A DNA stretch of 64,000 nucleotides from contig CAVTBU010000005.1 in NCBI GenBank assembly GCA_963733035.1, forward strand, positions 2,336,001 to 2,400,000, given 5' to 3'. Of the stretch, positions 21,548 through 32,106 are shown in pieces. Below the pieces are notes generated by a model. It made no database searches and had not been told where the DNA came from. It worked only from the letters and a program-made list of their open reading frames with translations. This stretch comes from Pirellulales bacterium. Its GTDB lineage: Bacteria > Planctomycetota > Planctomycetia > Pirellulales > PALSA-1355. Every line of letters begins with the position of its first letter. Positions within the stretch are counted from its first letter, which is position 1. The position numbers and the translations under genes are program-made.

Positions 21548-21847
21548 ATGTCGAATCGACTGCAAGATAAGGAGGCTCTGGTCACTGGCGTTAGTCGCGG
21601 CCTTGGAGCCGGCATCGCCAGGCGGCTGGCCAGCGAGGGCGCCGACATGGCGCTCACCTACGTCAGCAAGTCCGATCAGGCCAAGGCGACCGCCGAGGCC
21701 GCGCGCGCTCGGTGCCAAGTCGGTTGCGATTCACGCGCGCAACGGCACGGTCGACGCGATCGGGCGCTGGTTGCCTATCTCCCCCGCCCCGAGGCCGGTT
21801 TCGTCACAGGTGCCAGCCTTCATCTGCATGGCACCATCCGCGATTAG
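21548..21847 (+). pseudogene. Short-chain dehydrogenase/reductase remnant with internal deletion
   Basis: ALVTGVSRGLGAGIA (TGxxxGxG) N-terminus joined directly to the SDR C-terminus LVAYL..EAGFVTGASL; catalytic YxxxK region absent. Confidence 0.75.
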
Positions 21848-21862
21848 CATAAGGAAACGGAG

Positions 21863-22279
21863 ATGAAGCACTTCTACTTACTGTTCGCGATCGCAATTCT
21901 GACGGGTGCCCTCGGGCTGTCCCATGTGGCGAGTGCCCAAGAGCATCTCGAATTTGATCGCAAAATCATGAATGAACTTCTCTCGCCCTCGCGAGTCGAG
22001 TTTCACCTGGTACCGCTGGAGGCTTGCGTCGAGTATCTGGCCGACTATCACGGCATTCCGATTGTGCTGGACCTCGAAGAGTTGCGCCGGGAGGAAATCA
22101 GCCCCCAGGTTCCCATCACCGGGAAGCTCGAGAACAAGCGTCTCGAAGATGTCCTCCAGCAGATCCTATTGCCCCAACAGCTCAATTTCATGATCGAAAA
22201 GCAAAAGCTGCTGATCACCACTCGAGACAAGGCGCTCCACTGGCAGCAGCAGTATGCCAAGGAGACGGGGCGCCAGTAG
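21863..22279 (+). CDS. Secreted protein with STN-like (secretin/TonB N-terminal-like) domain
   Basis: Signal peptide; PLEACVEYLADYHGIPIVLD...LEDVLQQIL...LLITT. Confidence 0.6.
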   Translation: MKHFYLLFAIAILTGALGLSHVASAQEHLEFDRKIMNELLSPSRVEFHLVPLEACVEYLADYHGIPIVLDLEELRREEISPQVPITGKLENKRLEDVLQQILLPQQLNFMIEKQKLLITTRDKALHWQQQYAKETGRQ

Positions 22280-22448
22280 ACAGCGACTCCGTTTCCAGCT
22301 TGCCCTTGGATCTCGCAGGCGGGAACGCTGCCGCCGCTCAGATCAGCGCCGCTCCAATCGCTGGATGCTTGACTTGCTCCGCCCGGAGGTGCAGACTGAC
22401 CGCGCCCCCAAATCCGCTCAAAAAAAACCATCACCGAGGACACCCGTC

Positions 22449-24916
22449 ATGCGTCCCGCGCTGCAACTTCTGGCGATTGCCGCCGTACTGTGTGGCACTG
22501 GCCTTATCGCCGACGAAGCTCGTTTTCCCGGCCGTAAGGACAACGGCTTTCTGCTTCCCAACGGCTGGACCATCACGCCTGCCGGGGAGCAGATGATTCT
22601 CAAGGATCTCCCGCTCAATATCCTGCCGCTCGCCGATGGTCGGCGGGTCCTGGTCGCAACCAGCGGCTACAACGCCCACGAGCTGACGCTGATCGATTTC
22701 GAGGCCAAACAGGTTCTACAGACCGAAACCGTGCACCAAAGCTGGTTCGGACTCGTCGCGACTCCCAAACAAGATCGCTTGTGGTGGTCGGGCGGCGGCG
22801 GAGCCGCGCTCCACGAATTCACGCTCGCCGACGGCAAACTGGCCAGAACCGACGACGGAGATCCCACCGCGGCATTTGGCCGAGGCGATAACAAAACGAA
22901 CTTCAAGAGCGGGCTGGTGCTGGATGCCAAGCGCAACGTGCTGTACTCGCTCGATATCGATGAGGGGAGCCTCTCGGCCCTGGATCTCACCGACAAGCAG
23001 CCACCACGCAAGTTGTCGATCGGCGGACGGCCCTACGACGTCGTGCTCGCGAGAAATGGTTCCCGACTGTATGTCTCGGATTGGGCCGGACGTGCCGTGT
23101 TGGCCATCGATCCGGTGGACTTGCGCGTCGTGGCCAAGATCGGCGTTGGCGAGCATCCCAATCAGATTGCGGTACACCCGCACGATGATCGATTGTTCGT
23201 GGCTTGCGCTTCGAGCAACGAGGTTTCGGTAATCGACACGAGCCGCGGCGTCGTCACCGAAACGATCTTCACCGCGTTGTTTCCCGGCGCGCCCGAGGGA
23301 AGCACGCCCGATGCCTTGGCGGTGGCGCCCGACGGCGAAAAGCTGTACGTGGCCAATGCCGACAACAACTGCGTGGCCGTCGTGGATATCGAAGAGCCAA
23401 GTCGCAGCCAGGTGCAGGGGTTCATTCCCACCGGCTGGTATCCGACCGCCGTGGCCGTCGGTCCCGACGGCAAGACGCTGCTGGTGGGCGTCGGCAAGGG
23501 GAACCAAACCTCCGCGAACCCCATTCCCAAAGATCCCGAGGACGTCAAGAAGAACGAGGCGCGCCGGCGCGGCCGGCCCTATCCCTACATCGGCACCACG
23601 CTTTCGGGCGCGCTGTCGATCGTGCCGATTCCCGACGAAGACGAGCTGGCGGCGTACACCGAGACCGTGTATCGCAACTGCCCCTACTCCAATAAATTGC
23701 TCACCGCCGCCCCGCACGGACAGAAGACCGCGATTCCGAACAAAGTCGGCGACCCGTCGCCGATCAAGCACGTGATTTACATCATCAAGGAGAATCGCAC
23801 GTACGATCAGGTGCTCGGCGATATCGGCCGAGGCAATTGCGATCCGGATCTGGTGATGTTTGGCCAGGACGTCACGCCGAACCATCACAAATTGGCTAAT
23901 GAATTCGTATTGCTGGACAACCTGTATTGCAATGGTCACGTTTCGGCCGACGGGCATCCCTGGTCGACCATGGCCTACAACACCGACTACGTTGCCCGCA
24001 ACTGGGCGCTCACCTACTCGAATCGCGAGGGGATCGACGATGACGATGAGGGCGACTTGCAAAAAGCGCCCTCCGGCTACCTGTGGGACGCCTGCGCCCG
24101 TCACAATCTGACCTACCGCAGCTACGGCGAATACGGCGGACGCGTGAGCCAGCCCGACGGTTCGCTGAAGATGGAAGGTCGCGTGCCCGGTTTGGTCGGA
24201 CACATGTGTCCCGACTACGGCATTGCCAAGGAGCAGGACCAGCGCCGCGCGATACCGACAACGTGGAGGTCTTTCTGCGCGAGTTTCACGAGTATGAAAA
24301 GAACGGCAACCTGCCGCGGTTCATCGTGATGAGCATGGGCGAGGATCACACCAGCGGCACGCGTCCTGGCGCCTATACGCCACAGGCTTGCGTGGCCAGC
24401 AACGACCTGGCGCTAGGCCGCCTGGTCGAAGCGGTGAGCAACAGCAAGTACTGGCCCGAGACGGCCATTTTTGTAATCGAAGACGACGCGCAAAACGGAC
24501 CCGATCATGTCGACGCGCACCGCACGGTCGGCCTGGTGATCAGCCCCTACGCCAAACGCAAAGTGCTCGACAGCACGCAATACACAACCGTCAGCATGAT
24601 CCGCACGATGGAACTGATCTTGGGGTTGGAACCGCTCAGCCAGTATGACGCGGCCGCCAACCCCATGTTTGCATGCTTTACCGACACGCCCGACCTGACG
24701 ACCTACAAGGCCGAAAACGCGCGGATCGACCTGAAGGCGAAAAACGGTTCGCTGGCCTACGGCGCGGAACGCTCGCTGAAGATGGACTTCAGCGAGTACG
24801 ACAAGATCGACGACTTCGAGCTCAACGAGATTCTGTGGCGCTCGATCAAGGGCGCTGACGCCCCGCTGCCACCGGCCGTTCGACGCGCGATCGCCTATCG
24901 GATAAACAAGCGGTGA
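22449..24916 (+). CDS. YncE beta-propeller / alkaline-phosphatase-superfamily phosphoesterase fusion; frameshift near 24245
   Basis: LLPNGW, GFIPTGWYP, IIKENRTYDQ, SADGHPW and EDDAQNGPDHVDAHR. Confidence 0.9.
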
Positions 24917-24965
24917 CCGTTCGCACGAAACGAACGGTCCTGTCCCAAGAAGATCGGCGCGAGCA

Positions 24966-25571
24966 GTGACTGTGCACGACGAAACGTCAGAGAAACCGTG
25001 CCCGACGCTACCGCCGATGCGTTCGCCAACGCAGGAGCGTTACTTCGGGCAAATCCAGGCCCAGCGGCAGGAGATCTATGATCGCATCGCTCCGTTGCCG
25101 GCCGCGACGATCTGGCGGCGACCGGGCGACGGCCATTGGTCGGTTGGTCAGAACTTGGAGCACGTCAACAAACTCTTGCGTCTGTTTCGCTGGTTATTTC
25201 TGATTTACTTGCCCGTTGCCGTTCCCATTGCCCGCGTGCGCCGCCATCGCCCCTTTGCGATCGACAAGGAAGACATCTACCAACACGACACGCAACGACC
25301 TCCGGGCGTCAAACCCAAAGACCGCTCGAAAAACCCATTTCGATACGAAGCGTTGCGGGAAGCGATGGACGCCGAACTTGCGCGGACCAGCCGCGCATTG
25401 CAGAACTTGCCCGAGGACGTTGCCGGCAATGTCTACTATTGGGATTGGGTCACCGGGCTGGTCAACTTGCACCAGATGATCTTGCTGGACTACTATCACG
25501 AACGGCGGCACTTCGGCTTCGCACATCGACTGCTCGACCGCTGGCTGAGCGAAGCCGGTTCCGAAAGTTAG
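24966..25571 (+). CDS. DinB family protein
   Basis: WSVGQNLEH and YYHERRH. Confidence 0.75.
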   Translation: MTVHDETSEKPCPTLPPMRSPTQERYFGQIQAQRQEIYDRIAPLPAATIWRRPGDGHWSVGQNLEHVNKLLRLFRWLFLIYLPVAVPIARVRRHRPFAIDKEDIYQHDTQRPPGVKPKDRSKNPFRYEALREAMDAELARTSRALQNLPEDVAGNVYYWDWVTGLVNLHQMILLDYYHERRHFGFAHRLLDRWLSEAGSES

Positions 25572-25696
25572 CCGGACCGAGCGGCGGGAAGGCTCGCCAA
25601 GATTTGTTCTCTGGTGGCGAATGATAGTGTGGAACCACGACGGCCAGCAGCCGGCGGCGTGCCCCGCTGCGTGACAAATCACACGGAGTACATGCC

Positions 25697-27775
25697 ATGG
25701 CGCCAGGCGGAAGCGAAATTGCAATCGTGTCGCGTGTTCGAACGCGAAGCTGGAGCGTCTTTCCCGTCGCCATCTGCCTGGCCATTCTGCTGTTGGCCGC
25801 GGCACCGCTAGCGGCGAGAACCGACGAGCCGGCGAAGGAAGAAAGTGCCGCACCGCCGGCGCCGCAGCAGTCCGCCGAGTCACCCGCGGCCGCCGCGACG
25901 CCTGCCGACCGCAACGGGCCCAGCGATCGGGTTGAGCTCGAAGCGTTCATCGATGGGCTGATGGCAATCCAACTCAAGGACAAGCACATCGCCGGGGCGA
26001 CGGTCTCGGTGGTGGTCGATGGAAAACCGCTGTTTGCCAAGGGCTACGGCTATGCCGACGTGGCCGCCAAAACGCCGGTCAGCGCCGAGGAAACGATGTT
26101 TCGCATCGGTTCGGTTTCAAAATTGTTCACCTGGACCGCCGTCATGCAGCTTGCCGAGCAAGGCAAGCTCGATCTCGACGCCGACGTGAACATCTATCTG
26201 AAGGACTTCAAGCTGCCCAGCACCTATCCGCAACCGGTCACGCTCAAGCACCTGCTGGCGCACACGGCCGGTTTTGAAGACCATGTGTTGGGACTGTTCG
26301 CCCACGAGGCCTCGGACCTTGAGCCACTGGGCGTGGTACTGGCTCGCGAAATGCCCAGCCGCGTGCGCCCGGCGGGCGAGCTGGCTTCTTACAGCAATCA
26401 CGGCACGGCGCTGGCCGGCCATATCGTGTCGCAGGTGTCGGGCATGCCCTGGGAAGACTACCTCGAGCAACACCTGCTACAGCCGCTGGCCATGACCCAT
26501 ACATTATTGCGGCAGCCGCCCCAGGAGGAATTGCCCGCGACGATGTCGAAGGGCTACAAATTCGTCAACGGGAAGTACGAGGAGCAGGGTTTCGAATACG
26601 TGTCGATTCCGCCGGCCGGGTCGTTCAGCTCGTCGGCCGAAGACATGTCGCATTTCTTGATCGCCCACCTCCAGGACGGCCGCTACGGCGACGTGCAAAT
26701 TCTCAAGCCCGAGACGGCCCGCCAGATGCGCGAGCTGTTGTTCACCCACGATCCCACGCTGTCCGGCATGGCCTACGGTTTCATGCGGATGAGCTACAAC
26801 GGCCAAAAGATCATCGAACACGGCGGCGACACGGGATGGTTTCATTCGCATTTCGTGATGCTGCCGGCCGACAAGACGGGCTATTTCATCTCTTATAACA
26901 CCGAAAGCGCGGGGGGCGTGCGCAGCCAGGTTCTTGAGGCGTTTTTGGACCGCTATTATCCGGCAGCCGACGAGCCGCCGGTGCAGCCCGCCGCAGAGTT
27001 GCACGATTCCTTGGCGCGCTATGCCGGCAGCTATGGCGCCATTCGGCATTCGTACACGACGGTCACCAAGCTCGGCGCGCTGATGGCCGTGATCCGGGTG
27101 TCGGCCGACGGCGACGAGCTGGTGCTTCACGGCGGCCCGGGCGGGCGGCGCTACGTCGAAGTAGAGCCACGCGTTTTTCGCGAAGTCGACGGCCAGACCA
27201 GTCTGGCATTTCGCGAGGACGCCGGTGGTCGAATCGCCTATCTGTTTCACAGCAGTAGTCCGGCTGTGGCGCTGGAGCGGTTGCCGATGTTGGAGACGCC
27301 ACGGTTCAACGCGGCGCTGTTGGTGATTTGCGTCGCGCTGTGGGCGTCGGCGCTGATCGGTTGGCCCGTCGTGGCTTTCGTAACGCGCGAGCAGCGGCAC
27401 TCGGCGGCAGCCGCCAGTTCGGATCAAAAAACCACGACCCGCGCCGATGGTGCCCGTTTCAAGGGCGCGCCGCTGACAAGTTGCATCGGCTGGCTGACGT
27501 CGCTGGTCGCCTTGGGCTTATTGAGTCTGAGCATGATTCCATTCGCCAAAGCCGAAGAATTCGGCTACGGCGTGCCGGCATTCTTCGCCGCCCTGCTATG
27601 GATGACACCCGTGGTAATGGGCCTGACGGTGGTGATGATGTTGGCCGCCGCGATCGCCTGGTTCAAGGGCTACTGGCGCTTCTCGGGCCGCCTGCACTAC
27701 ACCTGCGTCGCCCTGGGCTCGGTGGCGTTCGTCTGGTTCCTCAGCCATTGGAACCTGCTGTACTTCGGCGCGTGA
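25697..27775 (+). CDS. Serine hydrolase (beta-lactamase class C-like) with C-terminal membrane domain
   Basis: FRIGSVSK (SxxK), YSN and HGGD; four C-terminal TM segments. Confidence 0.9.
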   Translation: MAPGGSEIAIVSRVRTRSWSVFPVAICLAILLLAAAPLAARTDEPAKEESAAPPAPQQSAESPAAAATPADRNGPSDRVELEAFIDGLMAIQLKDKHIAGATVSVVVDGKPLFAKGYGYADVAAKTPVSAEETMFRIGSVSKLFTWTAVMQLAEQGKLDLDADVNIYLKDFKLPSTYPQPVTLKHLLAHTAGFEDHVLGLFAHEASDLEPLGVVLAREMPSRVRPAGELASYSNHGTALAGHIVSQVSGMPWEDYLEQHLLQPLAMTHTLLRQPPQEELPATMSKGYKFVNGKYEEQGFEYVSIPPAGSFSSSAEDMSHFLIAHLQDGRYGDVQILKPETARQMRELLFTHDPTLSGMAYGFMRMSYNGQKIIEHGGDTGWFHSHFVMLPADKTGYFISYNTESAGGVRSQVLEAFLDRYYPAADEPPVQPAAELHDSLARYAGSYGAIRHSYTTVTKLGALMAVIRVSADGDELVLHGGPGGRRYVEVEPRVFREVDGQTSLAFREDAGGRIAYLFHSSSPAVALERLPMLETPRFNAALLVICVALWASALIGWPVVAFVTREQRHSAAAASSDQKTTTRADGARFKGAPLTSCIGWLTSLVALGLLSLSMIPFAKAEEFGYGVPAFFAALLWMTPVVMGLTVVMMLAAAIAWFKGYWRFSGRLHYTCVALGSVAFVWFLSHWNLLYFGA

Positions 27776-27920
27776 GCCAAACGAGCGAGCCCGCGGATAC
27801 CTTGCCGACGACGAACATGCGGGCAGCGCGAGGTATGCCGACGTCGGACCGGCGATACATTTCGCCGGCGATCTCCAGGGAAGATTTTCCCGTCACCGAT
27901 AGCTCGTCCCCTTGCCTTGA

Positions 27921-27963
27921 ACATTACGGGATCGTAATATAAAAAATAACTAATTCGTAATGT
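27921..27963. promoter_or_regulatory. AT-rich tandem operator-like palindromes (ATTACG-N4-CGTAAT)
   Basis: ATTACGggatCGTAAT (27923-27938) and ATAACTaattCGTAAT (27946-27961). Confidence 0.5.
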
Positions 27964-28025
27964 TTAGACTCCGAGAATGCCGATAATGTCGGTTAGGATA
28001 CCCAAGATCACCCGAGGATATAACG

Positions 28026-28271
28026 ATGCAAGGTCTTCGTCAGTTTGAACTTATAAACGATTTAGAACCCCGCAGCAGTGCCAAGGCCACCCTCCTGCGC
28101 TGGGATGGCCAACGTTACGTCCGCACGACAGAAATCATCGAACTGCACGAGTTTGTGGGCATTCACGGCTTGAAAGGCGACCGGGGCTTCTGCTTTTTGT
28201 CGCCAGATTCTGGTCGTTGGGAAGCGGCCAGCGGGCTGTATCAACAGGTGCCGCAGTACTCCCATGCGTAG
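28026..28271 (+). CDS. Small hypothetical protein
   Basis: GAGG RBS; 81-aa ORF behind the AT-rich regulatory region. Confidence 0.65.
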   Translation: MQGLRQFELINDLEPRSSAKATLLRWDGQRYVRTTEIIELHEFVGIHGLKGDRGFCFLSPDSGRWEAASGLYQQVPQYSHA

Positions 28272-28870
28272 TCAGCGCAGGGCGGCTGACACCTCAGAGG
28301 TCCAGGTGATATGCCAGCCGCGCTTTATAGCTCGTATGTCTGTCGATGATCCGCGTCGCCATGCGGGCAGGCATCTTTGCCCACTAGGAACTCGTAGAAA
28401 AAAATCGATGGAAACGACGTTCCTCTCCGTCGTTTCCCCTTGCTCGATGTCGCGGGAGGCCAAGCGGACGCGACCCCGCCACGTCTCGATTTTCGCGACA
28501 TTAGCTCGCCAAGCTTCGGCAACAATCGGCAGCGCGCAAGACCGCCGAAGAGCTCGCCCCTTGCCCGGCCAGCGAAGAACAGCAGTCCGCTTTGACATAC
28601 CAGGTCGGTAACGGCGTATGTGTCATAGGGCGACAATCGCACGAACTGGCGCCCTTCACGCGCACGGTCTACGTCTTAGATGCCCCATCGATTGTCAGGC
28701 CGCTGCGACTGCGGCCTAAGTCGCACAGGAGACGCTTTCAAATTCGTGGGGTCACCTTCAACGGTGAGGCGGAATTACTCTCGCCGTCCGGGGCATATGC
28801 AACGTGTCCCATCCTTTCGCCAGGGGCTCACGCCGCTGGCTCTTGTCTGTCGCCGCGTTGCTGCATGTTT

Positions 28871-28937
28871 GTAGGTCCGGTCTGGGCCTGACATGCGAGC
28901 ATTCGAGCGGCATCCGTCAGGCCCCGGCCCGACCTAC
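28871..28937. repeat. GTAG-type REP doublet (REPIN-like inverted repeat)
   Basis: GTAGGTCCGGTCTGGGCCTGAC ... GTCAGGCCCCGGCCCGACCTAC; 22-bp arms with 3 mismatches. Confidence 0.7.
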
Positions 28938-29032
28938 GAATACAAAATCCTCCGCTTGTCCGCCGCCATGCAATCCGGGTAGCATCGTGCACGGGCTGCA
29001 AACCGCCACTCTCCATCCGCACGGGGCGATGC

Positions 29033-30098
29033 ATGACGACGAACCAATCCGAACTGCGGATCAGCGGACCGGTGCTGCTTTCTTGCGCGGCGATGGTGGT
29101 GATCGTGGCGGGGCTGCGCGGCACAGCCGATCGTCGTACCGCTGGTCGTCGCGGCGTTTTTGACGATGATCTGCTTGCCGCCACTCAATTGGCTGCAGGA
29201 AAAAGGGCTGCCCAAGTGGGCCGCTCTGCTGACGATCGCCACTGGCACCGTGCTGCTCGGGCTGTCGGTCGTGGCGGTCGTGGGCACGTCGGTCAATCAG
29301 ATGCGCGAGCAATTGCCCGAGTATCAAGAGCGAGTGGCCGACGTGCAGGCCGACGTCGTCGCCTGGCTCAAGCGGCACGACATCGACGTCGGCGCCAAAC
29401 TCGAGCAGGAAACGCTCAACCCTCGGCGGGCCGTGTCGCTGTTTGGCGACCTGCTGGTGGCCCTCGGTTCGGTGCTGAGCGACGCGCTGGTGATCGTGTT
29501 CACGCTCTTGTTCATGATCTTCGAGGCGGCCGAACTACCGGCCAAGCTACGCGCGATCTCTGGCGGCGACAACTCGCTGGCGGCGCGATGGGAAACGATT
29601 CAGGCCAGCGTGCGCCGCTACGTCACCATCAAGACCCAACTCAGCCTGCTGACCGCCGTGCTGGCCACCATCTGGCTATGGTGGCTGGGCGTCGATTATC
29701 CGCTGCTGTGGGGTCTGCTCGCCTTTTTGTTCAACTACGTGCCGACCATCGGCTCGATCATTGCCGCCGTGCCGCCCGTGGTGCTCGCGCTGTTGCAGTC
29801 GGGCGTAAGCTCGGCCGTCTACGTGGCCGCCGGCTACCTGGCCATCAACGGCGTCATCGGCAACGTCGTCGAGCCGCGGCTGATGGGGCGTGGGCTGGGG
29901 CTTTCGCCGCTGGTCGTGTTCCTGTCGTTGATCTTCTGGGGTTGGGTGCTGGGGCCGATCGGCATGTTGTTCTCCGTGCCGCTGACGATGATCGTCAAAA
30001 TCGCGCTCGACCACAGCGAAGACATGAAGTGGCTGGGCATTCTGCTCGGCGCCGAGGTGCCGCAGGCGGCTGCCGCGGCCGGAAGCAAAGGAAAGTAG
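29033..30098 (+). CDS. AI-2E family transporter; frameshift near 29120
   Basis: LLAFLFNYVPTIGSIIAA, EPRLMGRGLGLSPLVVFLSLIFWG and SVPLT. Confidence 0.9.
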
Positions 30099-30242
30099 CG
30101 CCCGGAAGACAAATCGCGTCAAGCATTTACACGAAGCCGCGTCACGGCGCGCGGCAAAATTTGCCGGCCTCGCAAAGCGCGGTAAAATGCCCGGGAATAG
30201 AAGCGCCCGATCTCGACGATTTTTCTTCGGGAGGTGGCAATC

Positions 30243-30887
30243 ATGCGAATCTCGAGGCTGACCCTGATCGCCCTGGCGATCTCCTGTTGGGCGGCGGTCG
30301 CCCGTGCTCAAAGCGGCGCGAACATCACGCTGCAGTTGCCAAGTTTTCATTCCTTCGGCGTCAACACATCGGTGCTTGTTCCCGATGGCGGACGCGCGCA
30401 ACTGGCCAGCCAGCGGCAGGCGTTTTACGAGCGCACCATGTACGGCGGCTTGCCAACGCAGCGCACGCTCGGAATCGCCCGCGGCACATCGGCGGTGCAA
30501 GTGACGGCGCAAATTCATGATCCCCGCGCCGCCGAAGCTGAACTGATCCGCGAAGCGCGCGAACGACGCGCTACCTGGACGCGCGGCAGCGTTGAACCGC
30601 ATGGCTTGCCCCAGCGGGTCGCCAACGATCAGGCCGCGCTCCGCAGCCTGGCCGACATCGAGCGCCAGCGCGCCGCCCAAGCCGCGGCCCGCGCACGCGA
30701 GGCGCAGCAGTTCCTGATGCAGGCTCGCAAATCGTACAACGCGGGCAAGCCAGGCGTGGCCGCTGTTTACTACGGCATGGCCGCCAACCGCAGCGACGCC
30801 GAGCAGAAGCAGGCCATCGAAGACGAAGCCCGCCGAGCCAAGGCAGCGGCTTCCGAAGCCGACCAAACGGCAGGCGCAACGCCTTAG
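30243..30887 (+). CDS. Secreted hypothetical protein
   Basis: Signal peptide; QLPSFHSFGVNTSVLVPDGG motif seen in planctomycete proteins. Confidence 0.65.
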   Translation: MRISRLTLIALAISCWAAVARAQSGANITLQLPSFHSFGVNTSVLVPDGGRAQLASQRQAFYERTMYGGLPTQRTLGIARGTSAVQVTAQIHDPRAAEAELIREARERRATWTRGSVEPHGLPQRVANDQAALRSLADIERQRAAQAAARAREAQQFLMQARKSYNAGKPGVAAVYYGMAANRSDAEQKQAIEDEARRAKAAASEADQTAGATP

Positions 30888-30912
30888 CCAGTGTGGTCGC
30901 GCCGGCCGACTA

Positions 30913-31650
30913 CTATGCGCGGTGCTCACGGTTGAAGTCCGTGGTAAAATCTTTCACCCGCCAGGGGTTCAGACTCCGATCCTGTGGTTGCTTTCGTTCC
31001 ATCAGCAAACCAAACATGATCGTCTTCTTTCGTCCGTCGTCGTCGACAAACGTGACCGTGTACCAGTAGTCGACGAGTCCCACGGTGCGCCCGGCCGCCA
31101 CTTTGTTCGTCTTGTAAAAGCGAATGTCGGCCCGATCTCCCAGGGCCAACAGCATACGAATCGCCGGTTTGTCGACAAACATGCGCAGGTCTTGTTGCGA
31201 CTCGGCATCATTGCGATAGAACGACCACAAGCCGTCGTCGTTCGGCGGGCGGCGATCGGGGACCATGGTCAGCAGCAAGGCCTGCTGGGGATTGCGCTCG
31301 CGGAGATCCTTTACGAACTCATCGGCCACCGGGCGCGCTTGCCGCGCGAGCAGCCAATTGGCCGACGTGTAGTGCGCCAGCGGCACCATCAGAAACAATG
31401 CCGATAGCGCCATGCCCGCCAGAGCCGCCCGTCGGCCCGGCCGCAACGGATCGCCGCTGATCCGGCTCAGGGCCACCAGCGCCGCCAGCAGTCCAATCAC
31501 CGGGACGAGGCTCAGCAGTGGGTCGACGAGCGCCAGCGGCGACGCCAACCCAAGCAGCAGGGCAACGATTGCCCAGGCTTCCACGGGCCGATACTCGAGC
31601 GCGTCGTCCTCGCTGACGTCCGGCAATGCGCTGAATGAGGAATCGGGCAT
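30913..31650 (-). CDS. Membrane hypothetical protein (DUF4190-like N-terminus)
   Basis: EYRPVEAWAIVALLLGL followed by TM helices and a soluble domain. Confidence 0.65.
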   Translation of the reverse strand: MPDSSFSALPDVSEDDALEYRPVEAWAIVALLLGLASPLALVDPLLSLVPVIGLLAALVALSRISGDPLRPGRRAALAGMALSALFLMVPLAHYTSANWLLARQARPVADEFVKDLRERNPQQALLLTMVPDRRPPNDDGLWSFYRNDAESQQDLRMFVDKPAIRMLLALGDRADIRFYKTNKVAAGRTVGLVDYWYTVTFVDDDGRKKTIMFGLLMERKQPQDRSLNPWRVKDFTTDFNREHRA

Positions 31651-32106
31651 GCGACGTGCCGTGGGCTAAAGATGCTGGAAAAATCGTGCGAAACTCGGCT
31701 ACTCTTGCGATGCTAACCGCCTCGGGTCGAACCGGCAAGGCAGGCTCGACAACCCGGCCCACACGAAACCACCGCCAGACAATAAATCCCCTCAGCCAAA
31801 CGACATGCACAGTGCACACAGGCTTGCCTCGCCGCCCGGAACGACTCCTGGTGCGGTGACATTCAAGCGGAACTTCCTAGGCCCGCGTTAGATCGTCGCT
31901 CTTGGACGAACTGCTGGCAAGTTTCTGCGGCAAAAGCCCGTTTAACTTGCGATTCCGTTAGCTGGCGAACAATTCTGCTTGAGCCGCGTTACGACACTTG
32001 TAACGATAGGTTGACCGTGCCATCGGAGCAGTGAGCACGGCCGAGTCCGCTGGGACGATCGAGTTTTCAGGCGACAACTCAAGCGCTATTGCGGAGGGCA
32101 AGAGGC

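Noticed and set aside
12208..27775. Beta-lactam resistance locus (BlaI/BlaR1-like pair plus beta-lactamase-fold protein)
   Set aside because: The genes are more than 11 kb apart, the sensor lacks a penicillin-binding domain, and the hydrolase is a generic membrane-anchored serine hydrolase
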